Shown here piece after piece: positions 51,245-63,960 of a stretch of 64,000 bases of DNA. The notes under the pieces were generated by a model. That model ran no database searches, was not told the DNA's origin, and worked only from the letters and a program-made list of their open reading frames with translations. The number at the start of each line of letters is the position of its first letter. Within the stretch, counting starts at the first letter, position 1. Origin of the DNA: Mobula hypostoma (taxonomy: Eukaryota); NCBI RefSeq assembly GCF_963921235.1, contig NC_086109.1:27530001-27594000 (forward strand), read 5' to 3'. Position numbers and translations under genes: made by a program.

Positions 51245-51304
51245 CTCCAATCCCAGCAAATCGTTTCTGCCTCCAAGTTTGGCGACGTAGGTGTGGTAAA
51301 AACA
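51245..51304 (-). CDS. Candidate 60-nt alternative cassette exon of the copine gene
   Basis: cttatctaaattccAG|60 nt|GTGAGA; open in all three frames. In phase 2 it reads VFTTPTSPNLEAETICWDW(S) and joins the 20749-20812 exon in frame. No recognised protein homology. Confidence 0.35.
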
Positions 51305-53127
51305 CTGGAATTTAGATAAGCCAGGACTTAAGTGGGGCACGGGGAGAACAAGCTATTGCAAAAAATTTGTTGAGGGAAACATAATGTCTTGATCTTTTCA
51401 TGAATCAGTTGACTTACTGCAGATTTGAGTCATACACAGCTTGATAAAACAGTATAGGGCAACAGAGAAAGGGTTAATGTGCTGAAACTGGCAGACTTGA
51501 AACATTGCCACACTGCAGAATGTTAATACTACTTGCATCTGGAGACTGGTGTTTGATGGTTGTCTGACAGCACAATAGGAACTGCAATACACACAAGCTG
51601 CTATCCATGTAGCCTCTAGTTAGCTGTATGTCAACCAGAAATACAGATTTCCATCATTAATTGACAGCTCGCTGCTTCTTGCCTGCCTGTGAATAACAAA
51701 AAAAAAATCACAAGTCATTTTTCTCACCGTCTGCTCTCAGTGCTCAGCCAAGCAGAGTGGAACGGGGCTTTGAGGGATAAAATGTCACCTCCACTCAAAA
51801 TGCCACTTATATATTCTGGTCAGATCCCCTTGTGCTGATTTCTGGAGAAATATGTGTACATTGGAAGAGTGCAGTCGGGGAATGGCGGAATGACTCATGA
51901 GAAGGTAAATCTTTCTCCATTCAACCATTAGAAAACAAAAAAAAAACAAACCTCCAGGGGGAGCAGAGAGTAACAGAACTCCCTGCAGCTGTGAACGACT
52001 GCAGTATGTGGCAGGTCAAAAAGATTCAAGTGAAGTGGAAGATATGAGATTTGTGTCTTTTGACAACCTTTTCCCTACTGATTTACCTTAGGCTGACATC
52101 CCCACAAATCATTCCTGCATTTCTTCATCTTCACTATCTAGGTATATTTGGAGAAATTGGAGACAGGAGCTATCATCATGGATGCCATCAATATTCAGTC
52201 TAGCAAACAGTCTGCACTCTTCAAGGACATTTGGTAGATTCCCTACGTTCAACCATAGAAGAATTAATTGATGAGGTTGAATCATTCATTTCCAAAAACA
52301 TAGGACTTTTTTGTTTCAGTATCATTTGTCTCTTAATTGACTCCAAAGGTTTAGTATGACTGCCAGGAAATTCATTTGCTGACAGCAACTGAAACAACCA
52401 ATACATATGCAGAGGAAAGAGCTGAGGATCTTTAAAGTACTGTGACAAATAGAAAGACTGACAGACTACAATGGACTTGTGAAAACCCCGATGAATATTT
52501 CATGGTGAGAAATTCTACACAAAACTTTGGAAACACATCCCCTTGCTTTGGAGCGCTTGATTTAATGAATTAAATAATGGTTTACACTTGGATAGCAACA
52601 GCAGATCAAGACTCTGCCTTAATTTCCAACACGAAGACATCGCTATTTCCTGGGCTCATAGCCAATGCAAAGCACTGCACTTAGCTACAAATAAATGCCC
52701 TGTGAGATCTGAGATCTAATTGGTTTTACAGTAAACTGACATCAATTAAACAGCACCTGGCTCCCTTAGGGTCAGATAAGCAAGCAAAAAACAATAATCG
52801 GAAATTACTTTAAAAACAGATTATTTTGCTTGTGATGCATGACAACCAAAATGTGATGGATTGAAAGCTTGTTTATGCACCATGCAGGATATCTAAACAA
52901 TGATGACTGTTACTATAATTTAGCCACACTTCAGCTTTTTTCTGTCATTTTAATGGCTCCTTCAAGTTAAGTCCCACCCCCAAAAATATAGCCATGTGCA
53001 CAGAAATTCCTGTCTCAGCAAGGACCTGGACCCACTGCAACTTGCCTATCACCATAATAGGTCTACAGTGGTTGTGATCTCATTGGCTATCAGTGGCCTT
53101 GGATTAGCCAGACAATACAAATACTTA

Positions 53128-53453
53128 TGAGGGGTGATGGATAAGTTTGTGGCCTAAAGTAGGAGTCAATTTTAGAAAACCTAGCACATTTATTTTTCCT
53201 ACATTTACACACTTATTCCAGCGGTCGTGGAGCATACGGATCCCTTCTTTGTAGAAGTCGGCATCTTGAACCTCCAGAGAGTGGTCCAAAGCAGGGGTGA
53301 TTGATAAGTTCGTGGCCTAAGGTAGAAGGCAATGAGGTATTAACTTCAACCTTTCTGCATTTTCACTCAGAGTTGAACTGCACGTGCATGTAACGAGAGC
53401 TGTATAACTCATCTGCTTCTACCTTAGGCCATGAACTTATCAATCACCCCTCG
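53128..53453. mobile_element. Mariner-type MITE
   Basis: TA-flanked TIRs (t/c)gaggggtgat(g/t)gataagtt..ggcctaa; a third internal TIR copy at ~53293. Confidence 0.8.
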
Positions 53454-53794
53454 TATGTCAAGATGCTGTCTATTGACTATAGCTCAGTGTTCAATACCAT
53501 TCTTCCCACAGTTCTGATCAAAAAGCTCTAGAACCTGGGCTTTTGTACCTCCCTCTGCAAATGGATCCTCAACTTCGTAAATGGAAGACCACAATCTGTG
53601 TGAATTGGAAATGACATCTCCACCTCACTGAAAATCAACACTGGCTCACCTCAGGGATGTGTGCTTAGCCCACTGCTCTACATTTTCTACACCCATGACT
53701 GTGTGGCTAGGTATAGCTCAAATGCCATCTATAAATTTGCTGATGATGCCACCATTGTAGGCTGAATTTCAGATGGTGATGAGAGGGCATACGG

Positions 53795-54033
53795 GGGGAG
53801 GGGGTGGGTGGGACGTCGACTCAGACCATGAGAGGCCTGCGTCGGGCATTTCCATGCCTTACAAGGCGCAGATTGGAAGTCTGTGTGGGGCGCCACTCCT
53901 CGCACAGACTTAGAGCAATGTGTGATTAAGTGCCTTGCTCAAGGGCACAAACACAATGCCACAGCTGAGGCTCGAACTAGCGACCTAGAAATAACTAGAC
54001 GAACGCCTTAACCACTTGGCCACGTGCCCAACA
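53795..54033 (-). mobile_element. tRNA-derived SINE sharing its head with 6583-6883
   Basis: Reverse complement ggcacgtggccaagtggttaaggcgttcgtctagt..agttcgagcctcagct..cttgagcaaggcacttaa; different 3' half. Confidence 0.85.
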
Positions 54034-55599
54034 CTAAAGACAGAAGCGAGAAATATCACTATTTCAGTGGTGTCACAGTAACAACTCTGCATTCAATGTC
54101 AGTAAGAGCAAATAACTGATTGTGGACTTCAGACAGGGTGAGATGAGGGAATACACAGCAGCTCTCACAGGGACTAAAAGTGGAAATGGTGAGCAATTTT
54201 ATGTTTCTGGATATCAATAGCTCTTAGGATCTATCCAGGGTATGTCAGAAAAGACACTCACAGATTTCTACAGATGCACTGTGGAGAGCATTCTAACTGA
54301 CTGCATCACCACAAAATGCTGGAGGAAATCAGCAAGCCGGGCAACACCTATGAAAAAGAGTACAGTCGACATTTCAGGCTGAGACCTTTCATCAGGACTG
54401 GAGAAAAAAAAAGGATGAGGTGTCAGAGTAAGAAGGTCATTTCTTACTCTGACTCCTCATCTTGACTTGAGCAACTAGAGGCAATTAGCTTAGCTGCAAA
54501 CATGAGGAATTCAGGCAAATATAGGGGAGAAAGGTGAAAAGTCTGAAAAGGCTGAGATGAAATAGATGGTGCGAAAGGTAACTCATACAATAAATGATAT
54601 TGTGAATTAATTGGAGTGTATGAACAGTTCTGTCTTTTGTGTTCAACATAATTCTACGAACATATCATCTAAGATATCCAAACTTTGCTTTGAAAATCAA
54701 TGAAAACAATTGTTGTTTCCATCTTCTACTCACTGCTGCCTGGCAAACCTGATATAAAATGCTTATGTATGAATAACACCTTAAGCTATTGTCTCCCTTC
54801 CCTCTTGTTGGCCCTTATGTGCAATATACTACCATAACTCAAAATTAAAAATCATAAATAGTAAATGATCACTTGTAAAGATGACTAAAGACCAGCTCAG
54901 AATAGGCCTTGGGAGAACAGGCCTTGCAAAGCAAGAGGAAGAAAACATAATTAGCACTGTAATATTAGGTCAGAATGCAAGGGGATGAACATAAACCCAT
55001 ATTTAGATCAATTATCTAACTCCCTTCTATACCATTATGGAAATTTTAATGTTTGTAGCATTATACTAGATGAAAGAATTAATGGATGCATTCTTGCAAA
55101 TTAAACCAAAGGCAAACAACTGTTTGTTGAGGTAGTTTCAATAACTGCTTTACTTCAGATAACTAATAGCATTGACGTTGCTGGGAATGTGGCAATTTTA
55201 GAGGCCACATGACCATTAAAATGCAGCAAAGTACAGGTATCCTCTCAGTTACCAATCATAAAAAATGGCTGAACTATTTGAACTTTATCATTAAAGTGCA
55301 ATAAAAGAAACAGCCTGATCAGAATTTTCACGAGTTTCATGAACTTTCACGACTGGTAAATGTAATTTAAACTAGCCGAAGACAGCTATATCAGATACTT
55401 CCTTCAATTTGATTCTTGCTTCTATAATACACACCAGACTCTCCAGAGCAATTAATAGTAACAGAAACAGTACATTTTCTGTGATGGATGTAGTAAATTG
55501 ATTTTAGAGATTTTAATTATTTTTTACTTTGCCCTTAATACTTTTTTTTAAATTCCTCTGTTTATCTTCCGGTACTTGATTTGATTCTATCCAAAGACT

Positions 55600-55905
55600 C
55601 GAGTTGCATCTCTGGGGACACAAGTTCAATTCCCACTGTGATAACCAAGGAATAGAAATTCAAGCAACTAAGTATATCTGGATTTAAAAGCTTTGTTGAC
55701 TTTGAAACTATTCATTGAAAAGATGCATTTAATTCATGAATGTCTTTCAGGAAATGAAATATTCCTCTGCTTCCCCAGTCTAGGCTACATGCGACCTAGA
55801 CTCTCAGTAATGTGATTGACTCGGAATAAATCTAACAAGCCACCAATTTCAAGAGGCAATAAAGAATGTTGACTTGCCAGTGATCCCCACATTATGTGAA
55901 TTCAT
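55600..55905 (+). mobile_element. Ancient chondrichthyan-type SINE, degenerate
   Basis: B box aagttcaattccc; ..ggctacatgcgacctagac..aatgtgattgactc..acttgccagtgatccccacat tail. Confidence 0.5.
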
Positions 55906-56421
55906 AACTCATTATTTACCTTGCTGCTGTATCATTCCTCTGCTTTTACCCCCAAATCCTGATATTTTGTGCCTTTTGATATTTAGAAATTGACCTGATT
56001 TAGTAGACATAAACAGACAACAGTGAAGTCAATGTGCTCCGCTATTACAATTTTAGTTGTAGTATGTAACATGCAGTAACTACTATATTGTTCATTTGCA
56101 ACCTAGTATTCAGTCAAGGCACCAATGACCCCCTGCTTCGGCCACGTTATTTATCAGATCTAACTAAATAATGAAGGAAGAAATTCAAACAAAATGGGCA
56201 GACAGCAATATTTACTGCACCAAAGAAAAACTCTCTGTGTTATTAAGCATTTCATTCCATGGCACTGACCACATTTCTCACATATATATGAAAAAGGTGC
56301 CATTAAAAGGTTGAAGAAAATTATAACCTGACATATGACAGCATAAGTAATTGTTCTCAAACAGAGGTGAGTCATTCAAGACTAAATAAATGTGGTAGCA
56401 CTTCCATTCAGTAGCATACAG

Positions 56422-56652
56422 CAATGGTCCCCAACCTCCAGGCCACGGACCGATACCGGGCCGCGAAGAAAGCAATGGTGCAGCGGTAGCCAGGACGCAC
56501 CCAACACATCTTTAAGAAAAAAGTCGAAATAAACAAGCTAATTAATTAGGTGCTGCCCGGCAGGTAAATGTTGGCCCAGATTAGAGGCCGCTGCACCGCT
56601 GCATTCTTCATGACCCGGTATTGGTCTGCGACCCGGAGGTTGGTGACCATTG
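56422..56652. mobile_element. hAT/Charlie-type MITE
   Basis: TIRs caatggtccccaacctcc / ggaggttggtgaccattg; exact 8-bp TSD gcatacag. Confidence 0.9.
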
Positions 56653-58021
56653 GCATACAGTGGAGCCTGATGGACTCCTATTTGACATTTATGTAATAAC
56701 ATTACCCAGGGTGTTTTCCATGGTAAAGTGCGATGTTAGTTACATTGTTTGGGCTCTGGAATCAGAACATCTCCATCAACACAAAAACTGATCATCACTT
56801 TTCATTAAAACTTTGGTGACAATCCTATCAGCTGTGCGAGTACAAAATAGAGGTTAATGCTAGGACCACCATTATTTACCTGCCTGGTGATCTTTCTGAT
56901 TGATGTCAAAAGACAAATATCAGTCAGGGAACTACAACTTTTGATTTCTAAGATAGATTTACCTGCAACAGTTGAAATAAACAAGTGTAATTTAGAGGAA
57001 CGTTTTGTTTGTGAGAAAAATAAAACACTTTAGTCAGTAGAAAGCATCTGTGACACACGATTGAAGATATTTTTTATATCAGCATGTCTGCCTGGTGACT
57101 GATAGTTTCTGTCATGTGCTAAAAGACCATGGGCAGTCTGAAACAGTCTGCAATGACCTCCCATGGCTTACAAACTACTTAAGCCTTTCTCAGCTGACAG
57201 CTTCTGCATCCCTCATCTTAGTGCTCCCTTCAGCAAATTCAATCACACACAGCTGGGAATAATATTGTCTTGTCAATTTAACAGAAACCCTAATACAAAG
57301 CAGATTCATAGGAGGATTATCACTGTCACCCACCTGTTCAGTACAGGTGACTGGCCACAAAGCGTAGTGGAGATTCTGTAGTTTGTGACTTTAGGAGATG
57401 CCACTTTAAGGCTTTCAGATGAAAGGACAGACAAAAACCTCACCCAATTCCACAGTCGTGAATAAAGCCAACAAGAGATTTGGGAGGATCATTACTTGGG
57501 TGGTGAGAATGTGGAGCTCACTGCTGTATGGGTGGTGCGAAGATGAACAGAACGATCAGTGTTGAAGAGAACACATTTCAGCATCAGCATTCATGCCAAA
57601 AAAAAGACACAAGCCTGGAATTCTTCAGGCATTGAACATCCTTATGCATAATATGAGACAGAATTTTTATATGAACACTTACTAACTGCATCATTTATGA
57701 AGTACACACATTGTTTCAGAATCCTTCACTCAATCCACATAAATCCAATGGTAGAGCGGACTTACACGTAAAGCCAGATCTGACATTAAATACCAACTCT
57801 GTTTCTCTTAATGCATTCACTGTCATTTGTGTTTCCAGCATTTTACTAAATTTATTACAGATTTCCACCATTTGCAGGATTTCATTCTATTTTTTTTTAA
57901 ACACACACACATTTGAAACTTTCAGCATTCCTTTGTAGCAACAATTAGTCAGTGTCCAATGTAATGACCGACTTGCAACTTCAGGAATCTGTACTATGCA
58001 AAAGTCTCAGGCACACACATA

Positions 58022-59366
58022 TGTGGTATGCAAAACTTTGGGCACCCCTGGTCAAAATTTCTGTTACTGTGAATAGCTAAGGGAGTAAAAGATTATCTGA
58101 TTTCCAAAAAGCATAAAGTTAAAGATGACACATTTCTCTAATATTTTAAGGAAACTTTTTTTATTTCCATCTTTTACAGTTTCAAAATAACAAAAAAGGA
58201 AAAGGGCCTGAAGCAAAAGTTTGGGCACCCTGTATGGTCAGTACTTAGTAACACCCCCTATTGCAAGTATCACAGCTTGTAAACGCTTTTTGTAGCCAGC
58301 TAAGGGTCTTTCAATTCTTGTTTGGGGGATTTTCGTCCATTCTTCCTTGCAAAAGAAGAATATTCTGTGAGATACTTGGGCCGTCTTGCATGTACTGCTC
58401 TTTTGAGGCCTATCCACAGATTCTCGATGATGTTTAGGTCAGGGGACTGTGAGGGCCAAGGCAAAACCTTCAGCTTGAGCCTCTTGGGGTAGTCCATTGT
58501 GGATTTTGAGGTGTGTTTAGGATCATTATCCTGTTGTAGAAGCCATCCTCTTTTCATCTTCAGCTTTTTTACAGACAGTGTGATGTTTGCTTCCAGAATT
58601 TGCTGGTATTTAATTGAATTCATTCTTCCCCCTACCAGTAAATGCTCCCCGTGCCACTGGCTGCAACACAAGCCCAAAGCATGATCGATCCACCCCCCAT
58701 GCTTAACACTTGGAGAGGGGTTCTTTTCATAAAATTTTGCACCCTTTTTTCTCCAAACATACCTTTGCTCATTGCGGCTAAAAAGTTCTATTTTAACTTC
58801 ATCAGTCACAGGTCTTGTTTCCAAAATGCATCAGGCTTGTATAGATTTTAAATGATAAAGTTAAAATAGAACTTTTTGGCCGCAATCAGCAAAGGTATGT
58901 TTGGAGAGAAAAGGGTGCAGAATTTCATGAAAAGAACGCCTCTCCAACTGTCATCGAGAATCTGTGGATAGACCTCAAAAGAGCAGTGCATGCAAGGCAG
59001 CCCAAGAATCTCACAGAACTAGAAGCCTTTCACAAGGAAGAATGGGCGAAAATCCCCCAAACAAGAGTTGAAAGACTCTTAGCTGGCTACAAAAAAGTGT
59101 TTACAAGCTGTGATACTTGCAATAGGGGGTGTTACTATGTACTAACCATACAGGGTGCCCAAACCTTTGCTTCGGGCCCTTTTCATTTTTTGTTATTTTG
59201 AAACTGTAAAAGATAGAAATAAAAAAAGTTTTCTTGCTTAAAATATTAAAGAAATGTGTCATCTTTAACTTTATGCCTTTTGAAAATCAGATCGTGTTTT
59301 ACTCGCTTAACTATTCACAGTAACAGAAATTTTGACCAGGGGTCCCCAAACTTTTGCATGCCACTG
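58022..59366. mobile_element. Palindromic Tc1 (DD34E, IR/DR-type) derivative
   Basis: Long TIRs with internal direct repeat tttgggcaccc; minus-strand transposase remnant (TDEVKIELF, QQDNDPKH, SPDLNIIENLW) and a second plus-strand remnant from ~58850. Confidence 0.9.
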
Positions 59367-59367
59367 T

Positions 59368-59497
59368 CAGATCCTGCAAAAAACTCATTTCAGGGAGGTA
59401 GCACCCCCCCCCCCCACCCCGCCGGCGACCTCCAAGGTCGCATGTATACTGGACATTTGATTATGAAAGAACACAACAGTCTATTTGACACATATTT

Positions 59498-59544
<47 letters not shown>

Positions 59545-59554
59545 TACACACACA

Positions 59555-59588
<34 letters not shown>

Positions 59589-60498
59589 TTATATATATTC
59601 CTTGTTGAATATTTTGTTGGCAATCTCAATGCTAATGCAAATAGCTTTTCTATTTCTTTTGCAAACTTTCCTTGTACTGTGATGTGGCTCTGCTGAAAAG
59701 AACTGTGAAATACTTGAGCAGCCTTCCCTGCGATTAGCCTCCCTAATATGTTGTGGTCCCTAAAAGAAATAAAAGCATAAGGTGTATCCTTATTATATTG
59801 TCTTATGTAATACTTTGTTTAGTGATTTTGTCTAATCTGTAAACCAATCTGTAAACTGGGTATATGCAGAAAATGTGACATTAAAATACAGTATGTACTT
59901 ATATATTGTCATGGAGTTGTTTTTTAATTCTATTACAACTTTAAGCACGTCTACAGGGAGTTTGGCCTCATCATGTAGGACATCAATAGAGTAGCTCCTT
60001 AGCAGCTGGCCAGCTAGTTTAAATACTGTTAGCTCTGCTATTGAACGAATGACACCTGTTAAACTCACCTCAGCATGTCCTTTACAGTCCTAACCCATCA
60101 TGGGCAACAGAAAAGTCACTGTTGCAAACACTGCAGTGAGTAACACTGTCATCATTTTTGACCCCTATTAGGCAGGGGTACACTTTAGTGTAGTCTGGGG
60201 TGAAGTGCGTTTTATATTTTCTTTTCTTGAAACACTTTGCCATGGCAGTGCAGGACACGAAACTGAACTGATGGAGAGACAGAGGTCGACTGTAAAGCCC
60301 GCCCACAGAGAAAACTGATAGGTCTACTTATCACAAAGAGACCAATCAGGATTCTCGCTCTTGCTCCTGCTCTCAATCCTGCTCCCGCTCTCCCTCTCCC
60401 TCTAATTTCCAGGATATTGTATATAATTTGCGGGCATCAGGGAGCTGCTATTAATATGCGGGAGACTCCCGGAACTTCCGGGAGAGGTGGGATGCCCG
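59368..60498 (-). mobile_element. Non-autonomous hAT-like element, copy 1
   Basis: Degenerate CAGACATCCCACC ends; flanks cactgt/tactgt; zinc-finger remnant YPCLIGVKNDDSVTHCSVCNSDFSVAH. Confidence 0.75.
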
Positions 60499-60648
60499 TA
60501 CTGTATAGTTAGAGTACCTAAGACTTTTGCATAGTGCTGTATATTATGCCTTTCCAGTTACTAAATAACACTTAATACTGCTGAGCTAATACAAAGCTAA
60601 GTACTCTTATTTCAGTTTCCCAACCATCTTCCTATTTTAACCAATATA

Positions 60649-60715
60649 CAGTACTATGCAGAAGTCTATGCACCCGAGCTACATATATATCTGCACAAGA
60701 CTTTGCACAGTACGG
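60649..60715. mobile_element. 67-bp Tc1-type MITE
   Basis: TA-cagtactatgcagaagtct...agactttgcacagtacgg-TA. Confidence 0.7.
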
Positions 60716-62274
60716 TATCCATGGGGAAACTGGTGCTACTTTCTTTTTCACAGCACAACTGAGTGATCCATGCAATGGACTGTGTCTGGGATTCCCAGGT
60801 CTGAAGGGAAAGGTTATCAAATTATACATGAAGTGGAATTTTCCCACTGAATAAAGTAACAATTATAGAATCTAGGGAGATGAATGTGACTGGAAAGTAA
60901 AGTGTTTCTATGAAGTGAAGGGGTCTTGAGGAGACAATGACCTTGTGAAACAGAAGCGATAACTTGTTGAGTTATAGTATTGTGGGGAAGATAACCTCAG
61001 TTAAAGCACAGAGAATTTGGAGCAACAAACAATCTGCTGGAGGAACTCAACCAGTTGAGTAGCCTCTATTGGTGGGGGGCGGGGGGGGGAAGGAGGAATA
61101 ATCGACATTTTCATAATTCCATCCACAGATGTTGCTTGACCTGCTGTGTTTCCTTTAGCAGATTGTCTGATTATGTTTTAAATGTGCATTTTCACTGTCT
61201 TCGAGTTTAACGAGTCATTGCCTGGAATCAGTAAATTACCATTTCTGGTGGGAATATGAAAAATCCCTCTCCCAGCTCTGGCCAATTGAAAGGAGTACTT
61301 GTTTTAGGCTAGCTACCAAGTGGCCTTTTATGCTTCTCCCCAGGTTGACGTCTGACATCAGTCCTTTAAGAAGCAGTTATTCCTTCAGATCACATAATCT
61401 CTAGGAAACTAACTCTAAATCACCCTACACAACTCTAACATCCAAGCCACAATTCACTTCAAACCAAGCAATGTATCAGAAATTAATGCAATTTAGTTAT
61501 ACCATGAGTGGAACATTAAATAGATTGTTAAGGGTAATCTCTAGTAGACAGCTAGGCAGGCAGGCCAGTGCTAGGGACCGCAATGCATTCTATCAAATAC
61601 GGGATAGAGAGTACAACCCATGATGTTCTGTTTGCAGACATTACTTGAGGTTTTTAATCAAAAGCATGCTCATGTCTGGTAAATTATAGCACGCAGTCAA
61701 TGTACATGATTTGCTCAGACAGAGCACATTACCATACATATTGATGGGTGTGAATTGCAAGATTATCTTTGCTGCAATACTCTGGCATGAATGCACATTT
61801 TAAAAACAGCATGGCACTCAAACACAGGACGTCTGTTTCAGTGTCAGTTAAAGGGCTTAATCCTATCAGAGCGATTGTCAGAGAGCCTGTCAGCGAAGCA
61901 AGGGTGAAAATCTTCACAGTTTATCCTCTTGTCTTCCACCTAGGTCCATTTCCCAAATGCCAATCTCCAGCAGCACAATTTCCCATCGGGGAAGCATAGC
62001 ACAGTTAATTATCACTCACTTCAGCTCAAGAAAAAGCTACATCTAATTGGCTCCACTATTTGTGAAGGTAATTCATAATAAGAACTTGAATTTGCATAGC
62101 TCCCACCAACAGCAGTAAAGTTATTGGGCTAGTAATCTAGAGGTCTAAAATAACATTTCAGAGAATGAAGTTTCAAATAAAGAATTAAATTGTAAATTTA
62201 TGTTCAGTTAATCACTTGATTTTTAAAAATTGTTTGCATTAATGGCAATAAAATTACCTGCTAAATTTGTATCT

Positions 62275-62975
62275 CAGACATCCCACCTCTCCCGGAACTT
62301 CCGGGAGTCTCCCGCATACTAATAGTGGCTCCCTGATGCCCGCAAATTATATACAATATCACAGAAATCAATTTTTTTGAGAGCGAGCGAGAGAAAAGAA
62401 AGAGAGAGCGCGAGAGCGACCACGAGAGAGAGTGCGCACGCGAGAGAGAAAGCAAGAGCATGCGAGCGAGAGCGAAGGCAAGCGAGGGCGTGAGCGAGCG
62501 AGAGCGAACTAGTGAGCGAGAAAGCGAGAGACAGCGAGCGAGCAAGAAAGCAAGCGAGAGAGGGAGAGCGAAAGAGAAAGCAAGCAAGAGCGCGTGAGTG
62601 ACCACAAGAGAGAAAGAGAGAGAGAGAGAGCGCACCATTGCAGAGTGTTCCAAAAAAAATATAACACGTACGTCACCCCAGACTACACTAAAGTGTACCC
62701 CTGCCTAATAGGGGTCAAAATAATGACAGTGTTGCTCGCTGCACTGTTTGCAACAATGACTTTTCTATTGCTCATGGTGGGTTAAGACTGTAAAAGACAT
62801 GCTGAGGTGAGTTTAACAGGTGTCATTCGTTCATTAGCATAGCTAATGTTATTTAAACTAGCTGGCCAGCTGCTATGGAGCTACTCTATTGCAGACATCC
62901 CACCTCTCCCGGAAGTCTCCCGCAAATTGATGGTGCTACCTCCCTGAAATGAGTTTTTGCAGGGTGGGATGTCTG
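62275..62975 (+). mobile_element. Non-autonomous hAT-like element, copy 2
   Basis: Perfect 13-bp TIR CAGACATCCCACC; exact 6-bp TSD gtatct; same zinc-finger remnant; internal GA/GAGC-rich tract. Confidence 0.85.
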
Positions 62976-62979
62976 GTAT

Positions 62980-63043
62980 CTATATACACACACACATATA
63001 TGTCTATCTATCTATATGCACACATTTTTATATATACACATAT

Positions 63044-63089
<46 letters not shown>

Positions 63090-63105
63090 TGTTCGTGTGT
63101 GTGTT
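62980..63105. repeat. Compound (TA)/(CA)/(TG) microsatellite
   Basis: Directly visible; a similar tract lies at 59497-59595. Confidence 0.9.
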
Positions 63106-63179
63106 TGTATATCATCCTTACTTGGCTTGGTATACATGTGGCATCAGACCCATCAGTGTGATTTTTAAACAATCTCAAG

Positions 63180-63960
63180 GAGTCATAGAGCACTACACCA
63201 GAGAAACAGGCTGTTCAGTCCATCTAGTCCATGCTAACTTATTCTTCTGCCTAGCCCTATCTACGTACATCCAACCATAGCCCACCATATCCCTCTCAAA
63301 CATGTACCCATCCAAACTTCTCCTAAACTTTTCGATTCAACCCACATCCACCACTTCCCCAGGCAGCTTGTTCCACATTTGTGCCACCCTCCAAGCGAAG
63401 TAGTTCCTCCTCAGTTTAGTTCACCTTTCACTCTAAACCTATGACCTCTAGCTCTAGTCTCACCCAACCACAGGGGAAAATGTCTAATTGCTTTATCACT
63501 GTCTATTCTCTGCTTCGTTCCTTTCCACGCCTCTCGGCGCATCTGGTGGCAAATGTGCCGTTTCTTTACCATTTTTGTTTTTTTTTAATTACGAGGCCGA
63601 GTTACTCGCTCGATGCTCAACCCAGCACGGATGGAAAGCGTGCAAGGAGCTGGCTGGATTCAAACCAGGGACCACTCACATCAAAGTCCATTGCGGATGC
63701 CACGCTGGCTGGCTGAACGCTATCAATCACCCTCATAAATCTGTATACCTCTACAAGATCTCCCTTCATTTTCAAACGCTCCCGGGAATAAAATCATAAC
63801 CTATTCAACCTTTCCCTATAACTCAGGTCATCTGGTCCTGTCAACATCTTTATAAACTTTCACTGCATTCTTTCAAGCTCATTAATCTCTTTCCTGTAGG
63901 TAGGTGACAAGAACTGCACACAATACTTCAAAAGCAGCCTCAGCAAAGCCTTATGCATAT
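63180..63960 (-). mobile_element. CR1 3' fragment interrupted by a SINE
   Basis: gagtcatagagcactac tail, ggcagcttgttccac, cagaactgcacacaatact-like motifs. Confidence 0.75.
63500..63715 (-). mobile_element. tRNA-derived SINE (third family)
   Basis: Minus-strand B box ggtttgaatcc followed by gctttccatccgtgctgggttgagc. Confidence 0.65.

Larger units (their letters stand above)
53025..54310 (+). mobile_element. Rex1-type LINE RT fragment with nested MITE and SINE
   Basis: DPLQLAY; VKMLSIDYSSVFNTI; NTGSPQGCVLSPLLY; YKFADDATIVG. Confidence 0.85.

Noticed and set aside
51728..51841. Acceptor/donor pair suggesting a further minus-strand exon
   Set aside because: Stop codons in the required phase for the acceptors tried; at most non-coding.
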